Below, piece by piece: positions 28,995 through 37,477 of a stretch of 64,000 nt of DNA; positions within the stretch are counted from its first letter, which is position 1; each line of letters starts with the position of its first letter. Under the pieces are notes generated by a model. That model did no database searches, was not told the origin of the DNA, and was given only the letters and a program-made list of their open reading frames with translations. The stretch is from Burkholderiales bacterium (GTDB lineage: Bacteria > Pseudomonadota > Gammaproteobacteria > Burkholderiales > SG8-41), in contig JAIETP010000008.1 in assembly GCA_019744975.1 (NCBI GenBank), positions 5,549-69,548 on the forward strand, in the 5' to 3' direction. A program made the translations under genes and the position numbers.

Positions 28995-29687
28995 ATGACC
29001 GATATCAACCAGGCCGCGCCCGACGTTTTTGCCGCGGCGCATACGCGGCGTTCCATCCGCGCCTATAAATCCGATCCGGTGCCGCCGCAGCTGTTGCGCG
29101 ACATCGTGGAACTCGGGCGTCATGCGCCCAGCGGTTCGAACATCCAGCCGTGGCGGGTGCATGTGCTGACGGGCTCGGCGCTGAAACGCGTGGGCACGGC
29201 GATCCAGTCGGCGTTTCTCAACGAAGAGCACGGCCATAAACGTGATTACGATTACTACACCGATCCGGTGTTCGAGCCGTACCTCAAGCGCCGCCGCGAA
29301 TGCGGCTGGGGGCTTTACGGCATCCTCGGCATCGGCCGCGGTGACCATGAAAAATCAAAAGCGTACCGCGCCAGCAATTACACGTTCTTCGGTGCGCCTG
29401 CCGGTTTGATTTTCACCATCGAACGCAAACTGGAAAAGGGCAGCTGGCTGGATTACGGCATGTTTCTGCAGACGCTGATGCTCGCGGCGCGTGCGAAGGG
29501 ATTACATACCTGTGCCGAAGCGTCGATCGCGAGTTATCCCGACGTGGTGCGGCGCGAGTTGGGTTTGAGCCATGACTGGGTGGTGATCTGCGGCATGGCG
29601 ATGGGTTATGCCGACAACGCTGCAATAGTGAATACCTTCCAGCCCTCGCGCATCACGCTTGATGAATATACGACTTTCCTCGATTAA
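28995..29687 (+). CDS. Nitroreductase family protein
   Basis: RRSIRAY, APSGSNIQPW, FFGAP, DYGMFLQTLMLAA. Confidence 0.93.
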   Translation: MTDINQAAPDVFAAAHTRRSIRAYKSDPVPPQLLRDIVELGRHAPSGSNIQPWRVHVLTGSALKRVGTAIQSAFLNEEHGHKRDYDYYTDPVFEPYLKRRRECGWGLYGILGIGRGDHEKSKAYRASNYTFFGAPAGLIFTIERKLEKGSWLDYGMFLQTLMLAARAKGLHTCAEASIASYPDVVRRELGLSHDWVVICGMAMGYADNAAIVNTFQPSRITLDEYTTFLD

Positions 29688-29712
29688 TAAAAAAACTAAT
29701 TAAAACAAATAC

Positions 29713-30123
29713 TTATGGATAAAACACGCGGCTGCCCGAACGCGGCGGCTGTGTCTGCAGATGGCACCAGCCGGGTGTCGCGTCCGGATGTTCCAGCCAC
29801 AAACCGAGTGCTTCGAGTGTGTCGAGATTGGCCATGCACCAGGCATCGAGCGCGCCGTTGCGGTCTTCGAGATCAATGGCGAGGCAGTTGAGGTGTTTGC
29901 TGCCGCGGGCGGCACCGGGTACCGCGGCATTGATGGATGCCGGTCGCCAGCCTGAAGTTACTTTGCGCATCATGCCGGCGCTTCTGAGCAGGCGATTCGT
30001 GCGGCGCAGAGTCTCGCGTGCATTGGCGCGTATTTCGCGGGTCAATTCGCTGCGATGCAGCTTGTCGCGACCCATGTAGTAGTCGGCGAGTTTCAGCGTG
30101 GGAGGACGTTTGCGGGCGGGCAT
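29713..30123 (-). CDS. Peptidase M15-family (D-Ala-D-Ala carboxypeptidase / phage endolysin-like) metallohydrolase
   Basis: TSGWRP..N..V.GA..SKH...AIDL...WCHLQ zinc-binding motifs. Confidence 0.8.
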   Translation of the reverse strand: MPARKRPPTLKLADYYMGRDKLHRSELTREIRANARETLRRTNRLLRSAGMMRKVTSGWRPASINAAVPGAARGSKHLNCLAIDLEDRNGALDAWCMANLDTLEALGLWLEHPDATPGWCHLQTQPPRSGSRVFYP

Positions 30124-30171
30124 GTTCAGTACGGATTTTAGCCGAAGCCAGGCACTATAATCACCAGACCC

Positions 30172-31014
30172 ATGGACCTGCTGATACACGCCACATTGAC
30201 CGTCACCGGCGAGCGCGAACAGCTGCCGGCGGCCGACGCGCGCATCAAGGCGCTGCTGGTCGAGGAGATTTTTGTCGGCGAATTCGAGGAGCACCACGGT
30301 GACGATGCGCTGTCCTATGACTTCAAGGTCCACGGCGGCATCCCGTTCCCGGCCTTCGCTGCCGCCTCACTGGAATTTCCGGAACTGAAGATTGCCGCGG
30401 AATGGGTCAATGTCGCCGCCGGCCGCAAGGGCCGCGCTCTTCTGACCAATGGCGCCATCGCGGAACATGTCGAAGAGCCCCTGGCCACGGGCAGCACTGA
30501 AACACACAACCGTTATTTGCGCGCCGCGCCTGACGGCACCCTGCAACTGGCCTTTGCGCTGCTGCGGCGCGGCCGCGGCGAGTGGGCGGGGTATGTGCTG
30601 AACCACGAGCGTGATGCGCTGTTCCGCATTACGCGGGATGGTGATGCCGTTGAGTTGCTGACCACCGAAGGCGCCACGGAATGGGCTTGTGCGTGGCGGC
30701 TGAATGGCCTGGACGACAGGCCTTCGCCGGCCGCCATGGCGCAGGCGGTTGAGCCGGGGTTGTATGCAGAACTGGAGCAACTCGCGCAGGACTATGTCGC
30801 GGAATGGTTCTGGCTCAGTACAGCGCCGGCCGTGGACAACGCGATCGAGATCGACCGTTACGCGCGTTACGGCTACACCGTGCGCGAAGCCAATGTGCGT
30901 GCCGCAAAATTGCACCGGCTGCGCGGTGAACTCGCAGCGACGGATGTGCTGGAATATTCGACGCTGGATGCGGACAACGTGTGGATCCGCGATTTGCTTC
31001 TTAAGTGCTGGTGA
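30172..31014 (+). CDS. Hypothetical protein
   Basis: 280-aa ORF with genome-typical codon use; no recognised family. Confidence 0.75.
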   Translation: MDLLIHATLTVTGEREQLPAADARIKALLVEEIFVGEFEEHHGDDALSYDFKVHGGIPFPAFAAASLEFPELKIAAEWVNVAAGRKGRALLTNGAIAEHVEEPLATGSTETHNRYLRAAPDGTLQLAFALLRRGRGEWAGYVLNHERDALFRITRDGDAVELLTTEGATEWACAWRLNGLDDRPSPAAMAQAVEPGLYAELEQLAQDYVAEWFWLSTAPAVDNAIEIDRYARYGYTVREANVRAAKLHRLRGELAATDVLEYSTLDADNVWIRDLLLKCW

Positions 31015-31083
31015 TTAGGTGATTAAGTAATTAAGTGACGTGTGCTAATTCCCTAATCACCTGATCACTTAGTCACTTAATCA
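31011..31083. repeat. Inverted arrays of 8-bp repeats (GTGATTAG / CTAATCAC) between convergent genes
   Basis: gtgattaggtgattaagtaattaagtgac ... ctaatcacctgatcacttagtcacttaatcac. Confidence 0.8.
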
Positions 31084-31674
31084 CCGTCTCGACCGCCATT
31101 GCCGGATCAAAATATAACCGCCAAGCATGCCGCCCAGATGCGCAAAATGCGCAACGCCGGCCTGGGTGCCGGTGACACCGAGGTAGAGTTCGACCAATCC
31201 GTACAGCGTGACGAACAGCCACGCTGGCATGGGGATCGGCGGGAAAATCAGCAGTACCGTACGCTTCGGGAAAAAAAGGCCATAGGCGAGCAGCAGGCCG
31301 AACACGCCGCCGGAGGCGCCCACCGTCGGCAGCGCGGGGCCGCCACTGAAGGTCGACATCGCCAGTTGCGCCAGCGCCGCGGCGAACACGCAGCCCAGGT
31401 AATAGATCAGGAAGCGCCGCGATCCGAACACCTGTTCGATCTGGCCGCCGAACATGTACAGCGCCAGCATGTTGAAGCCGATGTGGATCAAGCCGCCATG
31501 CAGGAAGCCGTAGCTGATGACCTGCCATGGCAGGAAGCCGGCACCGAACGATGACGGTGTGTGGAAGGGCCACAACGCAAACCAGATGATCAGCATGTCA
31601 CCGAACACCTGCTGCAACAGGTAGACGGTGACGTTAATGATCAGCAGCAGACGGGTGATGGGCGGCAGAAACAT
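31081..31674 (-). CDS. Rhomboid-family intramembrane serine protease
   Basis: FLHGG..HIGFNM, GASGG, AHFAHLGG. Confidence 0.95.
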   Translation of the reverse strand: MFLPPITRLLLIINVTVYLLQQVFGDMLIIWFALWPFHTPSSFGAGFLPWQVISYGFLHGGLIHIGFNMLALYMFGGQIEQVFGSRRFLIYYLGCVFAAALAQLAMSTFSGGPALPTVGASGGVFGLLLAYGLFFPKRTVLLIFPPIPMPAWLFVTLYGLVELYLGVTGTQAGVAHFAHLGGMLGGYILIRQWRSRR

Positions 31675-31709
31675 GCCCTGATGGTACTACGGCGCGACCA
31701 TTCTCCGCT

Positions 31710-32855
31710 TCAGGCGAGGACTGGCGGCAATTGTGGCGCGAGTTTGGCGCGTTCCGCGGTGGCCGTGCCGTTCAGTGCGAAGCCCAGCAGTTTGCCGTCG
31801 GCGGCGACGAACAGGGATTTGACGCCGTCTGCCGTGGCTTCAACTTGCCATGTGCCTTCGGCGCCAATCGCGGGAGGAGAAACGATAGTCGGGCAGGCCG
31901 GGGTCTTGACCATCACCGGCATCGCAGGAAAAGAGACCGCTGTGCGCTTACCCGCCAGCGTCTGCGCCAGCGCGCGCGTGGCGTGCATGATCGGCATTAC
32001 ATAAGGCATCACCAGGCCTTCGATTTCGGCGCAGTCGCCCAGCGTGTAAACATCGGGGGCGCTGGTTTCGAGGTGGCGGTTGGCGATAATGCCGCGCCGG
32101 ACCTCAATGCCGGCAGCGGCAGCGATGGCCGTGCGTGGTTTGAGGCCGACCGCGGACAGCACGACATCGACCCGCAGCACATTGCCGTTGGCCAGCTTGA
32201 CCGCATAACCGGTCTCCGCGCGATCCACGGCCTCAACACTGGTGCCGAGATGCCACTGCACGCCGAGTGCGGCGAGCCTGGCCTGCAGCAGTGCGCCGCC
32301 TTCCGGTGGTAGCAGCCGGCCCAGCGCCTGTGGCGCGATGTCGATGATGTCGACGCCGTAACCGCCGATGGCAAGGTCATTGGCGAATTCACAGCCGATC
32401 AGACCGGCGCCGATGATGGCCACGCGTTTTTTGCCGGCGATGGTGCTGCGGAAACGCGCGTAATCGTCGAGGTCGTTGACGGTCAGGATATGGTCGGCGC
32501 CGCTACCCGTGATCGGCAGGCGGATCTGGTCGGCGCCCAGCGCCAGCACCAGTTTCGAATAGGCCAGCGTTTCATCACCGATGCGCAGCACATGCGCGGC
32601 GGTGTCGATGGCATCGACAGCGGTGTGCGCGCGTACCGTGGCATTGAGTTGCGTCGCCATCTGCTCCGGCGTGCTCAGTGCGATGGCTTCCGCCGTTTTT
32701 TTCGAGGCCAGCGCATTGGACAGCATGGGTTTGGAATAAAACGGGCCGCTGTCGGCGGCGATGATGACGAGGGGGGTTGCGGTGTCGAGTTTGCGCAGCT
32801 CCTTGGCGGTGTTGTAACCCGCGAGGCCGCTGCCGATGATGATGATGGGATTCAT
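31710..32855 (-). CDS. Rubredoxin-NAD(H) reductase
   Basis: IIGSGLAG, YSKPMLS, GAGLIGCEFANDL, VKTPACP; downstream of rubredoxin. Confidence 0.92.
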   Translation of the reverse strand: MNPIIIIGSGLAGYNTAKELRKLDTATPLVIIAADSGPFYSKPMLSNALASKKTAEAIALSTPEQMATQLNATVRAHTAVDAIDTAAHVLRIGDETLAYSKLVLALGADQIRLPITGSGADHILTVNDLDDYARFRSTIAGKKRVAIIGAGLIGCEFANDLAIGGYGVDIIDIAPQALGRLLPPEGGALLQARLAALGVQWHLGTSVEAVDRAETGYAVKLANGNVLRVDVVLSAVGLKPRTAIAAAAGIEVRRGIIANRHLETSAPDVYTLGDCAEIEGLVMPYVMPIMHATRALAQTLAGKRTAVSFPAMPVMVKTPACPTIVSPPAIGAEGTWQVEATADGVKSLFVAADGKLLGFALNGTATAERAKLAPQLPPVLA

Positions 32856-32874
32856 TGTGTTTCCATGGAAAATC

Positions 32875-32960
32875 AGCGCTGCATGGTATCAAACCGTACC
32901 ATGCACCGCTTTTCTTGATTGGGGGTACAGCACCCGTCCCGCACAGGGCGGGACGGGGTA
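32875..32960. other. Two intergenic hairpins between rubredoxin and its reductase
   Basis: AGCGCTGCATGGTA-N8-TACCATGCACCGCT and CCCGTCCCGC..GCGGGACGGG. Confidence 0.55.
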
Positions 32961-33012
32961 TTGCGTGTTACTTCCTGCCAGTTACTTGATAACTTAATCA
33001 CTTGATTATGGA

Positions 33013-33201
33013 TTAAGCGGCTTTCAACACCATTTCGAAGTCGGCTTTGGCAACACCACACTCCGGGCAGGCCCAGTCTGCCGGGATGTCTTCCCAGCGG
33101 GTGCCGGCTTTGATGCCGTGTTCCGGATCACCCGCGGCTTCGTCATAAACGTAACCGCAGACGATACATTCCCATTTGCGCAGTTCAGTCGTCATGTTCA
33201 T
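33013..33201 (-). CDS. Rubredoxin
   Basis: CIVCGYVYD...WACPECG. Confidence 0.97.
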   Translation of the reverse strand: MNMTTELRKWECIVCGYVYDEAAGDPEHGIKAGTRWEDIPADWACPECGVAKADFEMVLKAA

Positions 33202-33207
33202 TGCTCC

Positions 33208-33687
33208 TTAAGCGGCTTTAACACGCGCCAGCGTGGCGCGGTAGTGGTTGGCGTGGCGTTCCTCGACCTTGGCCAGCGCGGCAAAACGTTTGGCGGCCTT
33301 GGCGAGGGTTTGCTGGAAACGCGCGGCGTGTTCCTTCGATTCCTCGATCTGCTCATCCATTTCCTTCACTGCGGCATGGTTGCCTTCCTGCTCGGCGAGG
33401 TGGCGGAACTGCGGATACATTTCGGTGTATTCGTAGGTCTCGCCGGCAATCGCCATATCCAGCGCCCTGGCCGGGGTCAGTTCGGTTTTCGGGTAGAGCA
33501 GGTCAAGGTGGCCGAAGGCATGCTGCACCTCCTGCGCGGCGGTTTCTTCGAACACTTTGGCGGTTTCAATGTCGCCCTGTTCGCGGCTGATTTTGGCGAA
33601 ATACATGTATTTGATGTGCGCCATGGATTCGCCGGCGAAGGCGGCTTCGATGTTTTTGATGGTCACTGATTCGGCTTTCATCTGCAT
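33208..33687 (-). CDS. Rubrerythrin-family (short, no rubredoxin domain) protein
   Basis: AFAGESMA, QEVQHA, GETYEYTEMYP, VEERHA. Confidence 0.93.
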   Translation of the reverse strand: MQMKAESVTIKNIEAAFAGESMAHIKYMYFAKISREQGDIETAKVFEETAAQEVQHAFGHLDLLYPKTELTPARALDMAIAGETYEYTEMYPQFRHLAEQEGNHAAVKEMDEQIEESKEHAARFQQTLAKAAKRFAALAKVEERHANHYRATLARVKAA

Positions 33688-33760
33688 CTCCTGTGGTTAA
33701 AAAGTGGCGCGTCTTGCAACGCTTGGAGTGCATTCTGACTGCCGGCAGTTAATTAATCTA

Positions 33761-33797
33761 ATTGATTGTTTTTAGTAAATTGATAGCAATTAACTAT
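33761..33797 (-). promoter_or_regulatory. OxyR-type binding site
   Basis: ATAG-N7-CTAT-N7-CTAA-N7-CAAT on the minus strand upstream of rubrerythrin. Confidence 0.7.
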
Positions 33798-33833
33798 ATT
33801 TGAGAAATGGTTATAAATATTTGATTTTTAAAG

Positions 33834-34766
33834 CTATTTTTTCTTGACCGGGGTGCTGCCGTTCAGATCGCAGGCCGCCACCGCATCGCGGATGACGTCC
33901 AGCGCGGCGTTGCGCGCGAAACTCGAACGCGACGCCAGCACTACCCGGCGGTCGGGCACCGGGCGCGAGAACGGGACATAGGTCAGCAGGTCGGCCGCCG
34001 CGCGTTTGGCCGGTACGGCCGAGGCCGGCAGCACGGTCATGCCCATGCCCGAGGCCACCATCAGGCGGATGGTTTCCAGCGAGGAGCCTTCGACGGTTTT
34101 TTGCAACGAGCCCGGCATGGCACTGGAGCGATTGAGCGCCGGGCAGGCATCGAGCACCTGGTCGCGAAAGCAGTGGCCGGTGCCGAGCAGCAGCAGGCTT
34201 TCGCGCGCGAGTTCGTCGGCGGCGATGGATTTGCGCGCGGCCCAGCTGTGGGTCTTGGCGAGCGCCACGACAAAAGATTCGTCGTAGAGGGGTGTCACGG
34301 TGATTCCCGCCTCACTGAAGGGCAGGGCGACAATGGCGGCGTCGATGTCGCCACGTTTCAGCCGCTCGGATAATGTCGCGGTGTAGTTCTCCTCGAGCAT
34401 CAGCGGCATTTTTGGCGCGCGCCGGCGCAGCACTGGGATCAGTTGCGGTAGCAGGTAGGGTGCGATGGTGAAAATGACACCCAGCTTGAGCGGGCCTTCC
34501 AGCGGGTCGCCGGTGGACTTGGCGATGTTGCGGATTTTGTCGGCTTCTTCCAGCGCGCGTTGCGCCTGCTCGACGACACGGCCGCCGGCGGCGGTGACCG
34601 TGACCTCGGTCGGCCCGCGCTCGAAGAGCTGCACGCCCAGTTCTTCTTCGAGTTTTTTGACCGCCACCGACAGCGTTGGCTGGCTGACAAAGCAGGCTTC
34701 GGCGGCGCGGCCAAAATGACGCGCATGGGCGACGGCGACGATGTAACGCAGTTCAGTGAGGGTCAT
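33834..34766 (-). CDS. oxyR: OxyR, H2O2-sensing LysR regulator
   Basis: MTLTELRYIVAVA..RHFGRAAEACFVSQPTLS; GHCFRDQVLDAC two-Cys motif; SSLETIRLMVASG. Confidence 0.92.
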   Translation of the reverse strand: MTLTELRYIVAVAHARHFGRAAEACFVSQPTLSVAVKKLEEELGVQLFERGPTEVTVTAAGGRVVEQAQRALEEADKIRNIAKSTGDPLEGPLKLGVIFTIAPYLLPQLIPVLRRRAPKMPLMLEENYTATLSERLKRGDIDAAIVALPFSEAGITVTPLYDESFVVALAKTHSWAARKSIAADELARESLLLLGTGHCFRDQVLDACPALNRSSAMPGSLQKTVEGSSLETIRLMVASGMGMTVLPASAVPAKRAAADLLTYVPFSRPVPDRRVVLASRSSFARNAALDVIRDAVAACDLNGSTPVKKK

Positions 34767-34895
34767 GGCGGCGGAACTTTACCGGAAACACCGGGTCTAG
34801 TTTTTGTGAGCGTTGTGCCGGGCCTGCGCTGATTTTGAAATCCCCGCAAAATCAATGGCCTGTGCGGAACGTGCACAAACGCATGCAGGATCCTC

Positions 34896-34924
34896 AAGGG
34901 CGCTTCCCCGGCGCCCTTTTTTTT
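34896..34924 (+). terminator. Rho-independent terminator
   Basis: AAGGGCGC-N7-GCGCCCTT followed by a T run. Confidence 0.7.
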
Positions 34925-34968
34925 GGGCAGGTCCCAGGCGCGCTTTTTGACTCATTTACGTAACTTAT

Positions 34969-36456
34969 TTACGTAACTGAGCCGGACGGGATTTTCCAGG
35001 CATCTTCCTTGGACACCCCGGGCGGCGGGGTGAACAGGATCTGGGTTTCCTCCAGCAGTTTTGCCGCGCCGCCCCAGGCGTCCGCGGCCTTGCGCTGGTC
35101 GGCTTTGGCGCGGGCATCAACCGCTTCGGGATCACAAATCACGCGAAGTTTTTTCTCCAGGGCCTGCACGATTTCCGGGGAGCCGGCGGCCAGGTCACGG
35201 GTTTCGTCCGGATCTTTTGCCAGATCAAACAGTTGCGCCGGCATGCCGACGTGATAAATGAGTTTCATCGCGCCGTCGCGCAGGACAAAGGCGCCGGCTT
35301 TTGAGGCCTGCGCGTGGTATTCGGCAAAGGCGATGCGTTTTGTTTCATGTCCGCCGATCGCCGGCCACAGGTCCACACCCGGCAGGTCGGCGTCTGCAGC
35401 GCCGGGTTTTGCGCCGGCGCCGGCAAGCAGCGTCGGGAACAGGTCGATATGGGAGGCGAATTGCTGAACCACGCGGCCCTGCGGCACGCCGGGGCCGGCA
35501 ATCAGCAGCGGCACTTTGATCGCGCCCTCATACAGGTTTTTCTTGCCGAACAGGCCCTGCGCGCCGAACAACTCGCCATGGTCGCTGGTATAGGCGATGC
35601 GGGTGTTGGCCAGCAATCCGAGTTCTTCCGCGCATTTCATGACTTCGCCGATTTGTTCATCGAGGTGGGTGATCAGGCCGAAATAACCCGCCGCGATGCG
35701 GCGCAGGGCGGCTTCGTCGGTCATCATGCGCATGCCGTCCATCCGGCGCAGGAATTCCATCGCGGGATGTTCGGGACGTTCACCGGGGCGGAAGGCCGGC
35801 GGCAGGGGCATGTCGCGTTCCGCATACAGGTCCCAGAAACGCTGCGGCACGGTGAACGGCGGATGGGCGCTGATGTAGGAGACATACAGCACCCAGGGTT
35901 TGCCGCCGGCATGGGCGTGCTGTTTCAGCCAGGCCACGGCCTTGGCGGTGATGTTGCGATCATAATCCTGATAATGCGTGGCGCCGACGCCGGAGCGCTC
36001 GATATAGAGTTTCCAGAAACTGGCATCGCCCTTGGGCGGCTCGTTGTCGTAGCCGCGCAGCAGGTTCTTGATCGCACCCTTGCCCTCGTGCAAATGCATG
36101 GGCACGATTTCCTCGGTGAAGCCGTTGTCGTCCTCGCTGGAGCGGTAGTGCAGTTTTCCCACCGCCGTGATGTTGTGGCCCTGTTCGCGCAGGCGGTGGT
36201 GCCAGGTCGGCAACCGGCCGTCGTAGGTCAGCGCGTTGTCCCAGTAACCGGTCTGGTGCGGGTAACGGCCGGTGGCGAGGCTGGAGCGCGACGGGCAGCA
36301 CAGCGGGCTGGTGCAATAGGCATTGGCGAAACGCACGCCGGCCGCGGCGATGCGATCCATCACCGGCGTCTTCACGTAGGGATGGCCGTAACAGCCGGTG
36401 ATCTGGCCGTTGTGGTTGTCCGACTGGAACAGGATCAGGTTGGCGGCTCGTGTCAT
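34969..36456 (-). CDS. Cys-type sulfatase (choline-sulfatase-like)
   Basis: QSDNH, CCPSRSSLATG (CxPxR), GKLH, TSDHG. Confidence 0.93.
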   Translation of the reverse strand: MTRAANLILFQSDNHNGQITGCYGHPYVKTPVMDRIAAAGVRFANAYCTSPLCCPSRSSLATGRYPHQTGYWDNALTYDGRLPTWHHRLREQGHNITAVGKLHYRSSEDDNGFTEEIVPMHLHEGKGAIKNLLRGYDNEPPKGDASFWKLYIERSGVGATHYQDYDRNITAKAVAWLKQHAHAGGKPWVLYVSYISAHPPFTVPQRFWDLYAERDMPLPPAFRPGERPEHPAMEFLRRMDGMRMMTDEAALRRIAAGYFGLITHLDEQIGEVMKCAEELGLLANTRIAYTSDHGELFGAQGLFGKKNLYEGAIKVPLLIAGPGVPQGRVVQQFASHIDLFPTLLAGAGAKPGAADADLPGVDLWPAIGGHETKRIAFAEYHAQASKAGAFVLRDGAMKLIYHVGMPAQLFDLAKDPDETRDLAAGSPEIVQALEKKLRVICDPEAVDARAKADQRKAADAWGGAAKLLEETQILFTPPPGVSKEDAWKIPSGSVT

Positions 36457-36478
36457 GGCGTTTTGCGGTCGGATTATT

Positions 36479-37444
36479 TCAGTCGAGGACGATGCCGGCC
36501 TGTTTGCCGACGTTGGCGATGCGTGCGCGTTCGGCTTTCATGAAAGCGACGAATTCAGCGGGAGCCTCCGGGTTGGGGGTCGCGCCGTTCTTGTTCATCA
36601 AGGCTTTGACCTCCGGCGCATTGAGGGCGGTCATCAGTTCCTGATGCAGCCGGCGGGTGACCGCGGCCGGGGTGCCTTTGGGCGCGGCGATACCCCACCA
36701 TTGCACAATTTCATAACCGGGCACCGTGTCGGCCACGGTCGGCAACTCCGGCAGCAACGGGTCGCGCTGCGCACCGGTTGAAGCCAGCACCTTGATGCGA
36801 CCGGCGCGGCCGTGCGGCATCGCCACCAGAGGCGAGGTGATCAGGAACTGGATCTGGCCGCCCATCATGTCGGACATCGCCGGGGCGGCGCCTTTGTACG
36901 GAATATGCGTGGTCTTGACCCCCGCGAGCACGTTGAACATGGCGCCTGCAAGGTGCGCCGGTGAACCGTTGCCGGCGGAGCCGTAGTTGAGGGTTCCGGG
37001 TTTTGCCTTGGCCAGCTTGACGAGATCGGCAGTGGAATTCACGCCCAGTCCTGCATTTACGGTCACCACATTGGCCACCCAGGCGACGCGCGACAGTGCA
37101 ATGAAATCCCGATCCGGGTCGTAGGGCAGTTTCTTTTTCAGCACCGGCAGCGACGCAAAGGTTGTCGAGGTGACCAGCAGAAGCGTGTAGCCGTCGGGCG
37201 CTGCGGCCCGGGCGATTTCGACGCCAATGATGCCGCTGCCGCCGGGGCGGGTGTCGACCACGACCTGGGTTTTCATCTGTTCCCCCAGCTTGTTGCCGAC
37301 GATGCGCGCGAGGATGTCCGGCGAGCCGCCGGGGGCGGTGGGTACGATGAAGCGGATCGGTTTGCTGGGATAGGTTTGCGCCTGCGCAGCGCCGATGAAG
37401 CTGATGGTTGCCGCAATCAGGCATCTGAGCATGAGTCTGGGCAT
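36479..37444 (-). CDS. Bug/TctC substrate-binding protein
   Basis: YPSKPIRFIVP, PDGYTLL, HIPYKG. Confidence 0.95.
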   Translation of the reverse strand: MPRLMLRCLIAATISFIGAAQAQTYPSKPIRFIVPTAPGGSPDILARIVGNKLGEQMKTQVVVDTRPGGSGIIGVEIARAAAPDGYTLLLVTSTTFASLPVLKKKLPYDPDRDFIALSRVAWVANVVTVNAGLGVNSTADLVKLAKAKPGTLNYGSAGNGSPAHLAGAMFNVLAGVKTTHIPYKGAAPAMSDMMGGQIQFLITSPLVAMPHGRAGRIKVLASTGAQRDPLLPELPTVADTVPGYEIVQWWGIAAPKGTPAAVTRRLHQELMTALNAPEVKALMNKNGATPNPEAPAEFVAFMKAERARIANVGKQAGIVLD

Positions 37445-37477
37445 GATGGTCCTCCGGAGATGTTATGTTTTGGTGAA

